From the sequence record PV112478.1: 64,000 nt of DNA; one strand, written 5' to 3'. Shown one piece after another: positions 1-10,202 of this stretch (the stretch's first letter is position 1; the number at the start of each line of letters is the position of its first letter). The position numbers and the translations under genes were made by a program. Under the pieces are notes generated by a model. That model did not search any database. It had not been told where the DNA came from and was given only the letters and a program-made list of their open reading frames with translations.

Positions 1-1
1 G

Positions 2-1111
2 TTTAAAGATAAAAAGATTCATCACCATTTTGACCTCGAAATCTACGAAGCCGCTGACGAAGCTGATGCGGTACAATGGATCTTTAATATTCTCCACAAT
101 GTCTTAAAACCTGATATGCTATCGATTTGGAACCTGCCTTACGATACCAAAAAGATGATGCAGGCATTAGACCGGAGGAATATCCCACGTGAGTACGTTT
201 TCAATGATCCTTCTATCCCTGACGAGTTTAAGTTCTTTAACCTCAAAGAAGGCGAAGCGAAGATCTTTGACGCGAACGGCGTAGGGGAATCAAAAGACCC
301 ATGTGACCGTTGGCACCGTGTTCAATCTCCAGGGCACTTCTTCTGGGTTGACCAGATGTCTGTTCGTCGTGCTGTTCGTAAACACCTGAACAAAGAACCC
401 TCTTATGCCTTAGGCGACATTCTGTACAAGGAATTGGGTTTTGGTAAGTTGAAAGGCGATAAGGGCGTTCGTTCCACCGGGATCGACTGGCACAAACACA
501 TGCAGCGCGAAGAAAAAGTTTTCTACTGCGTTTACAACATGTTCGATAACATCGGTGCCCAACTCCTCGACGAGAAAACAGAAGACTTACGTTCTACGTT
601 TCCTGCTCAATGCGGATTCAGTGAACTACAGTCGTACGGTTCTCAAGGTCGTAAACTTGCTGATGACTTTTACTTTGATCTCTTAGAGAAAGGGTACGTC
701 TTAACGGGTACGTCCGATAAGATGGAGAAAGAGCTCGACAAGCATCTGGTTCCACTCGATGGTTGGATCTCTACGTTAGCAGCGCATCTTATTCACGAAG
801 AGATGGGGAACAAAGTCCTTAAAGAGCACCCGGGTACATTCACTAAGATCGTTAAGTGGGTATTGGACATCGACGTTAAGTCTTCCTATCCTTCTACTGG
901 GGTATGGATGAACCTGTCGCAAGAAACCACGAAACGAGCGATGTGTAAAATCATTGGGGTCGATTTCGAGGAACAAAGACGGGCAGGGTTGAACTTGTGT
1001 GCAGGGAGGGTCAACTCCGTCGAAATTGTGACAAAGCTCTGTAAAGCGCCTACTCAATTACAGATGCTTCAGCGCTTCTGTAAGGCGAAGGGAATTGAAC
1101 TTGAGGATTGA
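2..1111 (+). CDS. Split family-B DNA polymerase, N-terminal (exonuclease plus motif A) half, phiKZ gp82-like; 5'-truncated by window edge
   Basis: Frame is open from base 2. Contains LDIDVKSSYPS (PolB motif A, DxxSxYPS) near the C-terminus but no motif B or C. Confidence 0.8.
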   Translation, partial: FKDKKIHHHFDLEIYEAADEADAVQWIFNILHNVLKPDMLSIWNLPYDTKKMMQALDRRNIPREYVFNDPSIPDEFKFFNLKEGEAKIFDANGVGESKDPCDRWHRVQSPGHFFWVDQMSVRRAVRKHLNKEPSYALGDILYKELGFGKLKGDKGVRSTGIDWHKHMQREEKVFYCVYNMFDNIGAQLLDEKTEDLRSTFPAQCGFSELQSYGSQGRKLADDFYFDLLEKGYVLTGTSDKMEKELDKHLVPLDGWISTLAAHLIHEEMGNKVLKEHPGTFTKIVKWVLDIDVKSSYPSTGVWMNLSQETTKRAMCKIIGVDFEEQRRAGLNLCAGRVNSVEIVTKLCKAPTQLQMLQRFCKAKGIELED

Positions 1112-1142
1112 TATCAAAAAAGAAAAGTAACGGCACAGAGAG

Positions 1143-1174
1143 GCTACTGGAACCCTTAACGGGGTTCCAGTAGC
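1143..1174. terminator. Bidirectional terminator hairpin
   Basis: 13-bp stem GCTACTGGAACCC/GGGTTCCAGTAGC between convergent genes. Confidence 0.7.
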
Positions 1175-1220
1175 GATTGTGTCTTTAGTATCGACAAAGA
1201 ACCGTCTTTCTATTGCGGGT

Positions 1221-2594
1221 TTACTTCAATGCACTCTTCCAGTCGAACTTCTCCACTTTCAATGACCTTCCATGCATCGCACTCATCTGGATACCCATAA
1301 TTATCGATCCGACCTCCGTAGCCAATGCCCCTAAAGCGGTCTTCGTATTCTCGAAACGTTTCCCGATACACTTCACGCAGAAGTTACCGTCGGTCGTGTG
1401 GCAAAAAAGCGGTGAGCGGAACAAATAACGTTTCCCGTGTGAGGCAGCAGCGATCTCTGGCGTCATGAGAGTGAGTACGTTCTTCTCATCAAAGAAGTAA
1501 GACCAATGAAAACCTTCCTCATTCTCTTTCGTTACCGTGTGCTCCAGCCCAAGTCTGGAACCGCAATCGTCTTCTGCAATAGCCGTGTTCATGAAGAAGC
1601 GACCAATGAACTTAGCGGCCTCGCCCCCTAAGGCGGTCATAGCGCCTCGGTTGAAGGAACCGTCGATAAGGGAGTTCGCCATCTCCGGAAGTTTATTGAT
1701 ATCCCATTGCTCTGACAGCGGGTTTTGAATAACCGTGATTTTGTTTCGGTTTTCAAAATCGTATTCGATAGCGTGGGAGATATAAGCCTTAGCACGGACG
1801 ACATCGAAGTCTTTAGAACCGGGTCTCAGGAATCCTTTCTCGGGGTCTTGTGACTGGAATTCGATATCGTACTTGATCAGTTCGGACATGATTTTGGCGA
1901 CAATCGCAGGATCGTCAAGTTGGTCCTTATACTGTTCGTACAGTGCCGTACGGCGTTTTGCCATGTCAGGAGCAGTAACGATCGTGTAGGGTGTTGCAGC
2001 GGGTGTTGCGAGCTGACACCAGCCCGTTAAAGAGAAAGCGGCCGGATAGTATTTACTTTCCAGTTCATCGGTGTAGATCTTCTGTGGATCGCGTTCACTG
2101 GGGTCTTCCGGGGGTGTTTCTAACAGTTCAGCAATCTTATCTTCAATCTTGCCTATTTTGATCTCACCCGCTATAAAAGGGATACGGTCTTTGAAAGGGT
2201 AACAAAGTACCGTTTGGTTAACCATGACATTCCCTACAAGCGTAGTGACTTTCTCTTTTACGTTGACGAGGTCGCCTGGTTCTAAATCAATTTTGTCTTT
2301 GAACCGGAAGGGGGCGATACCTGGTTCAGCACCTTGAAGGACTTCCCATTCTTTACTGAAGGGATTAAAGAAGACTACCTGACCGTCTTCCTGGAAAAGT
2401 TGAAAGGGGTATTCCTCGAAATCTTCGCGCCGGGGTTCATCTTTAAAGTAAAGCGGGTACTTCCCGTTCGGTCTGCGCTCAGGGTCTTTCTCCGGGTAGT
2501 TGACGATACCAAAAGCATCGATGACCCATCCTTTATAAAGGAAACTGCCGTAGTTCAAAGCAGTTAATAAATAATCGCGTTTAAGCATGGTCAA
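1221..2594 (-). CDS. rpoC: Virion RNA polymerase beta-prime-like subunit (middle part, phiKZ gp80-like)
   Basis: EDDCG, CHTTDGNFCVKCIG and GALATEVG...MSAMHG match the beta-prime Zn-site II and trigger-loop region. Adjacent to the gp82-like gene as in phiKZ. Confidence 0.8.
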   Translation of the reverse strand: MTMLKRDYLLTALNYGSFLYKGWVIDAFGIVNYPEKDPERRPNGKYPLYFKDEPRREDFEEYPFQLFQEDGQVVFFNPFSKEWEVLQGAEPGIAPFRFKDKIDLEPGDLVNVKEKVTTLVGNVMVNQTVLCYPFKDRIPFIAGEIKIGKIEDKIAELLETPPEDPSERDPQKIYTDELESKYYPAAFSLTGWCQLATPAATPYTIVTAPDMAKRRTALYEQYKDQLDDPAIVAKIMSELIKYDIEFQSQDPEKGFLRPGSKDFDVVRAKAYISHAIEYDFENRNKITVIQNPLSEQWDINKLPEMANSLIDGSFNRGAMTALGGEAAKFIGRFFMNTAIAEDDCGSRLGLEHTVTKENEEGFHWSYFFDEKNVLTLMTPEIAAASHGKRYLFRSPLFCHTTDGNFCVKCIGKRFENTKTALGALATEVGSIIMGIQMSAMHGRSLKVEKFDWKSALK

Positions 2595-3420
2595 ACTCCG
2601 GGAGTGGTAATTTAGTCACAATTCTTGAAATTGTTAATAGCGTTTTCGGGTCGATGAAATAATGCGGCAGTTCTTCACCAATACGCTCTTTGATTTTATC
2701 GTTCGGAATACCAGCAGCAATCGCAGAGAAAACTGCTAACTTACCGATAACCTCCGGTGTATTCTTTTCCTCTGAAAAGTAATAATCCAGGAAATTAGTT
2801 AATGGCTCACCTACACTACCGCCGTCTTTGAAGAAACGCACTGCTCGTTCGATCCCGTAGAAATTCAGGGCGTTCTTTGTTCTTTCAACCAGAGCAGTGT
2901 CAATCGAATCGTCTTCGGGGAAACGATAGGTCATTTCGTTGAGATAATCTCGGAGGCGATAAAGTAATGAAGGTGAGACTTCGGCGGTGAGTTCAAGAAT
3001 CTGATTAGGGTCAAGTGTATTGTCCACCACGTGCAGTACTTCGGCGATTTTTTCTTTGGGGTCTTCAGCGATTTCTAATGCGTATTTAACCGACTGAAGA
3101 TCCTCATGCGAATCGACGTGGTATAACGCTTGACAGATCTTTGCGAGGAGCTCGAGTTTACCGTAAAGCGGCTGGTCGTCGCTTAGATATAGACCGAACT
3201 CCTCAATGCCTTCTGCCAACAGGTCGGTGACGATCTGATCGAATTGCGCGACGTTGTCTACCGTCGTAAACTCATCGAGGTAGGTGGTAAACTGGTTAAA
3301 TTGTAGCTCGAACGTACCCGGGTCTAAACGATACAAAAACGGCAGTACAACTTTATATGTTGAAACTCTGGCTTCTGACACCGTACGTGTCAGATAGTTG
3401 AGTAAATTGTCGATCAGCAT
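2581..3420 (-). CDS. Hypothetical protein (279 aa), overlaps the start of the vRNAP gene
   Basis: Long ORF, acidic and helical, 14-nt overlap. Confidence 0.7.
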   Translation of the reverse strand: MLIDNLLNYLTRTVSEARVSTYKVVLPFLYRLDPGTFELQFNQFTTYLDEFTTVDNVAQFDQIVTDLLAEGIEEFGLYLSDDQPLYGKLELLAKICQALYHVDSHEDLQSVKYALEIAEDPKEKIAEVLHVVDNTLDPNQILELTAEVSPSLLYRLRDYLNEMTYRFPEDDSIDTALVERTKNALNFYGIERAVRFFKDGGSVGEPLTNFLDYYFSEEKNTPEVIGKLAVFSAIAAGIPNDKIKERIGEELPHYFIDPKTLLTISRIVTKLPLPEFDHA

Positions 3421-3498
3421 TATTGAGCCCTTATGTAAATTTTAATTCACAGTAAGCGTAATTTGAATGAAAATCTTTTTCTAACTGAGGCAAATGAC

Positions 3499-3927
3499 AT
3501 GTCTAAAGCACGTAAGAAGAAACCCACTAAAAAGCCCGGTTACATGAAGTTACACGGGTTTCAATACATCAATGACATTATTCGGAAATCACCGAAGTTA
3601 CTCTCCGAAGCCGCCACTATAGTAGTGCAGTTCGACGCCTTAGATGAAAAAACTCTTTCTTTAGGGGAAATCCTGAAAGGGAAAGAAGAGATCAAGAAGA
3701 TAGCAGAGAAAGCACCCTCTATTCGAACGACGCTCGAAGAACTGAAAACCGATTTCGAAACGCTGGTTGCGACACCGGGTAAAAAGGAAGAAGAGCACTT
3801 CGCCGATTTGGTTGGACGTGCTGCTGAATTTATTTCAATGATCACTGAAGACGTGATTGCGCCGATGGCAGAGATCGCGGAGATTGTAGAAAAACGCATT
3901 AACCAAAAGGAAACTGTCAATGTCTGA
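3499..3927 (+). CDS. Hypothetical coiled-coil protein
   Basis: ORF track starts at TTG 3463. ATG 3499 with GAGG 8 nt upstream is the more likely start. Confidence 0.65.
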   Translation: MSKARKKKPTKKPGYMKLHGFQYINDIIRKSPKLLSEAATIVVQFDALDEKTLSLGEILKGKEEIKKIAEKAPSIRTTLEELKTDFETLVATPGKKEEEHFADLVGRAAEFISMITEDVIAPMAEIAEIVEKRINQKETVNV

Positions 3928-5644
3928 TTTTGAAAACGAACAGTCCGGTACTGAAGAAACCCCTACTATTCCTACCACGGGTGTAGGTATTCCGGTCACC
4001 AAACACGTTATCACTGACGACGTGTTTGAGGAAGCGCCGGTAGCAGTCTCCGATGAGACTGTTCAGGAAGACACTGTCACTCCGGCGGAAGAAGAAACCA
4101 AACCGGAAGAAGAGACGGAAGAGAAAGAAGAAGAAGAACATCTTCTCTTTGACGTCGAACCGAATAAAATCGTGATTGATCCGACTCGCCCTATCTTTGT
4201 CAGGATCGATCCTAATCAACGCGGCATTGCAGCGTTAAGTGTATTGCCCACGACGCGTGCTGACGCAGAGACGTTTGAAGAAAGTTTGAATAACGTCACT
4301 AACGAAGACCTTGAATGGATTCTCTCGACTCGTAACGCGACGGATTCAGCGTATCCCGGAAACGGTCTTCTGAAAGCGGCGATCCGTAACGGAGCAAAGT
4401 GGAAGACTCAGATCGAGAACCCGGCGACACCGATCCCGCTTTGTGATTACCGCAGTGCGTATAAGATCTTTGATCAACCGGCTACCAAAATTTCGGGTAT
4501 TGATGCAATCGATATGTTCACGGCCGGGACTAACTTGGGTCGTCCTGTCACGGTACCGCTGTGGCACTCTGGTTTCTGGGTGAAACTCCGTGCACCGTCG
4601 GCTGCATTCTTAGCGGATATCGACCGTGCCTTAGCCTTTTCACGTGAAGAGCTCGGACTAGAAGTCTTCGGGGCGATCGGGGCCAATGACCGTTTGATCT
4701 TTGACGAGATTCTCGTTGACGCGGCGTTGAAACTCGTTGTAGAAACCAATATCCCGATTGCGAAATCCCCGATGGAATTAAAAGAGGTTATTGACTTCTT
4801 TGATATCGACAACCTGATCTGGGGTATGGCATTAGCAGCATTCCCGGACGGTTGCGAGATCGCCATTCCGTGCCCGAGCTGTCGCGGTGTGAGTCACGTC
4901 AAAGCAAACCTTCTCCGTATGCGTTTCGTTGATGAGTCGCGTTTGACGCAGGTTCAGATCCGTCAGATGGCCAAAGGGATTAGCCATAAGACAACGCTGG
5001 AAGAATTGAAGAAATATAAGGAAGAGTTCCAAATCCTCAATACTCAGAAATGGGAATGGAACAAACGTACTTTCACCTTCCGTTCACCAACGATCGAAGA
5101 GTACTTAACTTCAGGTCGGGAATATATCACTTCGGTTTCCCGTGCGTTAACAGAAACGCTGCGTGACGACATTACTGACGACTACCGCCGTGGCCAGAGC
5201 ATGAAGTCAATCCTTAACACGGAAGAGACAGCGCGGTTCATGCACTTCATTCGTGAGATTCGTATCCCGAACACCAACGAAAAAGGTAACCCGGATAACT
5301 ACGGGATTGTTACCGATTCCCATGCTATCCTCGATATCATGCGTTATATTTCGGGTGACTTCGAAGCCAGTGACGGTTTAATCGTGGCAATCAATGATTT
5401 CATCAATGACGCCATCTGCACTATCATTGGATTCCCTAACGTCAATTGCCCGGCTTGTGGTAAATTCTATCTCTCGAAGACCGGGGAAGCGACAATTATT
5501 GTTCCGTTTAACCCTGCTGTGGGTTTTTTTATCCTTGCGCAACACAAGATTACGGAAGCGGGGTCGGAGCCACTGACGAATTTAATGACGTTAGGTCTGA
5601 CCGGTTTGCTATCCAAGGTATCGGCCAGCGAGGCTCAGGGTTAA
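3920..5644 (+). CDS. Probable baseplate hub assembly protein (T4 gp26/gp51-like), Zn-finger containing
   Basis: IPCPSC and NCPACG motifs, FTFRSPTIEEY segment and acidic N-terminal linker. Confidence 0.5.
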   Translation: MSDFENEQSGTEETPTIPTTGVGIPVTKHVITDDVFEEAPVAVSDETVQEDTVTPAEEETKPEEETEEKEEEEHLLFDVEPNKIVIDPTRPIFVRIDPNQRGIAALSVLPTTRADAETFEESLNNVTNEDLEWILSTRNATDSAYPGNGLLKAAIRNGAKWKTQIENPATPIPLCDYRSAYKIFDQPATKISGIDAIDMFTAGTNLGRPVTVPLWHSGFWVKLRAPSAAFLADIDRALAFSREELGLEVFGAIGANDRLIFDEILVDAALKLVVETNIPIAKSPMELKEVIDFFDIDNLIWGMALAAFPDGCEIAIPCPSCRGVSHVKANLLRMRFVDESRLTQVQIRQMAKGISHKTTLEELKKYKEEFQILNTQKWEWNKRTFTFRSPTIEEYLTSGREYITSVSRALTETLRDDITDDYRRGQSMKSILNTEETARFMHFIREIRIPNTNEKGNPDNYGIVTDSHAILDIMRYISGDFEASDGLIVAINDFINDAICTIIGFPNVNCPACGKFYLSKTGEATIIVPFNPAVGFFILAQHKITEAGSEPLTNLMTLGLTGLLSKVSASEAQG

Positions 5645-5661
5645 TTGAGAAGACAGGCGGA

Positions 5662-6048
5662 TTGGGGAACCTTTCCGCCAAAGTGGCGTTGCGCAGGGCG
5701 TACGACCTCGATAACGGGATTTACTCTGAAGCAGTAGATGCCAAAGTCCCTTTCTCTCTTATTGCGATGCATGAACCCGAAGCGGCTGCAAACAAAGGGA
5801 AATGGGATGAGTTACTCGAAAAATATCACACGCACCAGATTAAAGATTACTTCAACTTTACGTTTACAGATTGGGTGAGTCAACCTAATGATATGGTTGA
5901 AAAGCAAATCAACACTTCTATTCGGTGGCGTGAACGAGAAGTCAATGCTAAATCAGAAGAAACGAAAGAGTTAGAGGCACAACTTTCCCAACAGGGTATT
6001 ACGGTCCCTAACGTTCAAATGATGAAGGAAAAAGGCCATGGCCAATAA
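5662..6048 (+). CDS. Small protein following the hub-like gene, possible tail/baseplate chaperone partner
   Basis: ORF with TTG start. IKDYFNFTFTDWVSQP resembles C-terminal chaperone segments. Confidence 0.45.
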   Translation: MGNLSAKVALRRAYDLDNGIYSEAVDAKVPFSLIAMHEPEAAANKGKWDELLEKYHTHQIKDYFNFTFTDWVSQPNDMVEKQINTSIRWREREVNAKSEETKELEAQLSQQGITVPNVQMMKEKGHGQ

Positions 6049-6676
6049 GTTTGATAAAATCCAAAAGAAATCTCAGGAACTCTCTGACGCAGCAGATGCG
6101 GTAGCAGAGACGGCTGCTTCGGGTGAGAACGACAACGCTCCTGTTGCAGCAACCGTGGCAACCGAGTCTGCGGTAGGTGGCAGCGTGAAAGTAAGCACAG
6201 TCTCTGAAACTGCGGCTAAAACTTCGGCCGATGTTTACGCCGGGGAAAGTGATGCGGTCAAATTGATCATTGCACACCTCGAAGACTACGTTCTGAAAAT
6301 GGCACCGGAAAAAGCGCAGACTGAATCTTCACTGAAAGAAAATCAGAGTGTGCTCTATCGGACACTGGAGCAACTGGTTAATCTGGACAATGTTGCGGAT
6401 TTTGCGGTCTGCATGAAACGTCTGTTTGCGCTGGTTCGCAAATACGAAGACGGAGCCTTTGCGCCCAATATGCGTTTTCGTCGCCTGAGCCTTTTAGCGA
6501 AGGGTGATAAACAACTCGACAAATACATCGCGTTCGTCGACATGGTTTGCGCCTTTGCTACTCCCGCAGTGCGTAAAACTATCATTCAACGCTACAACCT
6601 GGCACGAGCGGCAGAATTCGCTAAACCGGAATATCGTGAGCGTCTGATTGAATTCGTGAAGGCGATCAGCGGTTAA
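6038..6676 (+). CDS. Hypothetical protein with Ala/Thr/Ser-rich N-terminus
   Basis: 212-aa ORF, AAGG RBS, optimised codons. Confidence 0.7.
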   Translation: MANKFDKIQKKSQELSDAADAVAETAASGENDNAPVAATVATESAVGGSVKVSTVSETAAKTSADVYAGESDAVKLIIAHLEDYVLKMAPEKAQTESSLKENQSVLYRTLEQLVNLDNVADFAVCMKRLFALVRKYEDGAFAPNMRFRRLSLLAKGDKQLDKYIAFVDMVCAFATPAVRKTIIQRYNLARAAEFAKPEYRERLIEFVKAISG

Positions 6677-6687
6677 TTACATAAACA

Positions 6688-6717
6688 CTCCTCTCTCCGC
6701 CTAGGCGGAGAGAGGAG
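6688..6717. terminator. Perfect 30-bp palindrome, bidirectional terminator
   Basis: CTCCTCTCTCCGCCT-AGGCGGAGAGAGGAG between convergent genes. Confidence 0.7.
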
Positions 6718-6724
6718 CTATGTA

Positions 6725-7678
6725 TTATTTTACCCAGACCTTTTCCCAGTTACTAAAGATCTCTCTAGTAATAGCTTCTTTAAGTTCTTTATCCGTTATA
6801 TTACCAAGATAAAAATAAATAAAATCTTCCATCATGACGCGTCTGCCGCTGTCGATTGCAGGGATCTTTTGCGCTGTTTGAACAACGTCAGTTTTAGGGA
6901 GATGTTCGCTTAAACTATTTTCTCCATTGAGGCGAGTAAAAGCTTCTTGTAACTTAGATAATTCTTCGGGATTATCCAAATCGATAATAAGCGTTTGACG
7001 TCCGACTGGGGTAGGCGTGAAATTAGGGTCTTGGCGTTCTGCTGGGTATAACGGTTGAATTGAGTACTGGGGAGCGTGGCGCCGGAAGTGATCTTCACTT
7101 ATGTCTTTATGCACACCAGGAAACATTTCATCTATCCGTTCTTTAATGTCTACGGGTACGTATTCTTCCCCGTCGCCATTATCGTTAAAAAGTAAATCAA
7201 AGCCAATGATAGAAACGGATCCCGGTTGGATTTCTTCACGGTCTGCTTCTGGGTCGAACTGATCATGTGGCTTAGGATATAAATATCGGCCGTTAGATAA
7301 CAACCGAGGTACGAAAGTATATTCCCCTTTGACAATACCTTCTTGGTAACAGAGCAAATGATCACGAGGGGTATTGGTATTTATCAGTGTTATTTTACAG
7401 GAAATAATCGTGCGGGAAATATCTAGTTTGAGTAATCCTGTGTTAGCGGTGAATTTTGCTTCGTTCAGTAATGGGAAGAAGCTATCGTCACGGTCATGCT
7501 TTTTGGCATCACTACGATTGATTACACTGACGTAAGCTAACCCGGATGATGGGCCGGTGATATCCCCGATCGCTTTCATCAGTTCTTTAATGGGAACACC
7601 TGTACTTTGTGACAACTCATGCAATGAAAAGTATACAACGATACTCTCGTTATTGACGATTTTTGCTTGATGATTCAT
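6725..7678 (-). CDS. Hypothetical protein (317 aa)
   Basis: Long ORF with AGGT RBS. Confidence 0.7.
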   Translation of the reverse strand: MNHQAKIVNNESIVVYFSLHELSQSTGVPIKELMKAIGDITGPSSGLAYVSVINRSDAKKHDRDDSFFPLLNEAKFTANTGLLKLDISRTIISCKITLINTNTPRDHLLCYQEGIVKGEYTFVPRLLSNGRYLYPKPHDQFDPEADREEIQPGSVSIIGFDLLFNDNGDGEEYVPVDIKERIDEMFPGVHKDISEDHFRRHAPQYSIQPLYPAERQDPNFTPTPVGRQTLIIDLDNPEELSKLQEAFTRLNGENSLSEHLPKTDVVQTAQKIPAIDSGRRVMMEDFIYFYLGNITDKELKEAITREIFSNWEKVWVK

Positions 7679-7781
7679 CTTCTATTTACCTTTTGTTAGT
7701 TAAGACCTCATGTTGGGTCAATAAGATAAAAGAGAAGCGTATTTTTTGTTATGAGATCAATTTATCACGAAGGGTCAGATT

Positions 7782-9746
7782 ATGTTTAATTTTGCCAAAG
7801 CCGCGTTTGGAATGGTTGAAGTAGAAGAAGCGAACGGAAAGATTAAGATCACCGCTATTCGTTCTAAGGACGCACTGAATGAAATCTATAATACCTGGCG
7901 TACCTCTCGTATCGAACAAAGTATGTTCACTAAGATTACGCCTTACAGTATCGAATTTTACAGTTTCTTCGCGGTAGAGTTTGTTTACATTCTCGATCAG
8001 ATTATCGCCAAACAGGGGCGAAGTATGATTGCGAAGAAAACATTGAAACAAGTGAAAGAAGGTATTCTCACTAATACTTGGATGCGGTCTACTCAGGTAG
8101 ATCACGACCCTATTTTGGATCGCAGTAAACTGAGCCTGTTTACCAAAAGCCCGCTGCGCCATCAAATGGAATTCATCGATCATTACGATACTGTTGTTCC
8201 TAAATGGCAGCTCAGCGGTTACTGTATGGCTATGAATACTGGGTCCGGGAAAACCTTGTCTTCGTTAATGATCGCAGAAATGCTCAATGTTGATATCATT
8301 ATCATGGTATCATTAAAAGCGTCTATTTATCGTGTCTGGGAAGATGCGATGCAAAATGATTACAAAAAGACGCCTGAGTACTGGGTTCAGGCACGAGATG
8401 GATCATTGCCCTCGGGAACATTACCGAAGTATTTAATCTACCATATGGAAGCCATTGGTAAATTACTGGAAGATTCTGGGCGATTCACCGGTAAGAAAAT
8501 TGCATTAATACTCGACGAATCTCACAAACTGAATGAGCTTAGTTCTCAGCGCACTCAAGATATTTTACAATTTTGTAAGCGTATACAACCCGTTACAACG
8601 CTATGGGCTTCCGCAACACCGATCAAAGCGTATGGTTCAGAAGCTATCCCAATGCTGGCGACGTTTGATAAGATGATGACGCTAGAGGCCATGGAAGCCT
8701 TTAAGAAACTATACGGGAAGTCAAGTAAGAAATGTTTTGACATCATACGTCATCGTATGGGTAATGTCATGTTTAAAGTGGAAATTGTTAAAACCAACCC
8801 AATCATCGAGAATGTTCCGATCAAACTGAAAGACCCGGAAAGGTTTTTACTGTCTACGTTGAAAATGGACATGAAAGACTATATTCTGGAGCGGATTGAG
8901 TATTGGAAAAAACTTGAGCCGCAAGTTAAGTTAGGTTACTATTCTGGCGTAGACAAATATGCTCGTACTGTTAAGACTAAAGAACAAGAAGCTCAATTAA
9001 AACAATATCGACGTTTTGTTGAGCAAATCTCTAAAACCACCGATTACCAAATGGTGAAAGAAGAGATGATGTTCTGTAATAAGTTTGAAAAGAATTTAAT
9101 CGAGCCTTTGCTGCGCGGGGAAGAGTTAAAGAATTTCCGCAGTTATAAATCAGTGATCAAATATTTACCGTTAAAAGTTCGTGGTGAGTGTTTAGGTAAC
9201 GTCGTAGGGAAGCGCAGAGAAGAAGTTACACTTGCTTTAATCGCGGAGTGTGATCTTCCTAAATACATTAAAGCGGCAGAGAAGAAAACTATCATTTTTA
9301 CTAGCTACGTGAAAGCGGTAGAAATGACAGAAAACTATCTGGTGTCGAAAGGATTCAAACCTGTAACCGTTTACGGGGAAGGTGAGGATTTAACTAAACA
9401 AGTAAAACGGTTCTTTGATGACAGCGGCATCAACCCATTAATTGCAACCTATCAAAGTTTGTCTACTTCGGTTCCCTTGATCGCAGCGAACGTTATTTTA
9501 GCCATCAACGCGCCATTCCGCGATTACATCATGGAACAGGCTATCGGTCGTATCGACCGTATTAACCAAAGCGCCCAAACCTATGTCTTTAAATTCTATT
9601 TGGAGACATCGGAACCTAACATCAGTAGTCGAACACTTGATATCTTAACCTGGTCGGAAGAACAAGTGAACCAAATACTTGGTGTGAAAGAGGAGGCGGT
9701 AGCCCTGGAAGCTTGGTCACTTGAAGCCATTCCGCAATACACGTAG
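7782..9746 (+). CDS. SF2 (SNF2/DEAD-like) helicase, probably virion-associated
   Basis: Walker A MNTGSGKT, Walker B LILDESH, motif III SAT and motif VI QAIGRIDR. Confidence 0.9.
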   Translation: MFNFAKAAFGMVEVEEANGKIKITAIRSKDALNEIYNTWRTSRIEQSMFTKITPYSIEFYSFFAVEFVYILDQIIAKQGRSMIAKKTLKQVKEGILTNTWMRSTQVDHDPILDRSKLSLFTKSPLRHQMEFIDHYDTVVPKWQLSGYCMAMNTGSGKTLSSLMIAEMLNVDIIIMVSLKASIYRVWEDAMQNDYKKTPEYWVQARDGSLPSGTLPKYLIYHMEAIGKLLEDSGRFTGKKIALILDESHKLNELSSQRTQDILQFCKRIQPVTTLWASATPIKAYGSEAIPMLATFDKMMTLEAMEAFKKLYGKSSKKCFDIIRHRMGNVMFKVEIVKTNPIIENVPIKLKDPERFLLSTLKMDMKDYILERIEYWKKLEPQVKLGYYSGVDKYARTVKTKEQEAQLKQYRRFVEQISKTTDYQMVKEEMMFCNKFEKNLIEPLLRGEELKNFRSYKSVIKYLPLKVRGECLGNVVGKRREEVTLALIAECDLPKYIKAAEKKTIIFTSYVKAVEMTENYLVSKGFKPVTVYGEGEDLTKQVKRFFDDSGINPLIATYQSLSTSVPLIAANVILAINAPFRDYIMEQAIGRIDRINQSAQTYVFKFYLETSEPNISSRTLDILTWSEEQVNQILGVKEEAVALEAWSLEAIPQYT

Positions 9747-9770
9747 CAAAAAAAAGAATATAGCGGATAG

Positions 9771-9800
9771 TTTCCCTACTGCCTAGTGGCAGTAGGGAAA
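9771..9800. terminator. Bidirectional terminator hairpin
   Basis: TTTCCCTACTGCC-TAGT-GGCAGTAGGGAAA. Confidence 0.7.
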
Positions 9801-9806
9801 CTTATA

Positions 9807-10190
9807 TTAGTTTGCGTCTGTCAGATCAAGGAATTCAATTCCCATGAAAACACAGAGAGAAGGGTCAGTGGTCGAAGAGTTAGCGTACATGACCCGTATA
9901 CGCGTATCATTGAATCGTGAGACGGCCGCGGTAAACTCGATAGGGTGAATGTATTGCTCTGGACGAACCGGGTTCTTGAACGCTTTAGGGAACGCTGGGG
10001 GAAGGTTATCAACCTGATCGTAATTCCATTCTCCCATCGCCGCGTATGTCTTGAGCATGATCGCCGCTTTTTGTTTGGCTTCCGCGACACACGGCTTAGC
10101 GTATTTAACATCAGGGGAGTTGTACCCTTCTGCTGCAAAGGAGGTGGCGGAAATGGCGGAGAGAATCAATGCGATAAAAATGTTTTTCAT
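9807..10190 (-). CDS. Secreted/periplasmic protein (127 aa)
   Basis: Signal peptide MKNIFIALILSAISATSFA; two Cys in the mature part. Confidence 0.7.
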   Translation of the reverse strand: MKNIFIALILSAISATSFAAEGYNSPDVKYAKPCVAEAKQKAAIMLKTYAAMGEWNYDQVDNLPPAFPKAFKNPVRPEQYIHPIEFTAAVSRFNDTRIRVMYANSSTTDPSLCVFMGIEFLDLTDAN

Positions 10191-10202
10191 TTTCTTTTCC
10201 TT

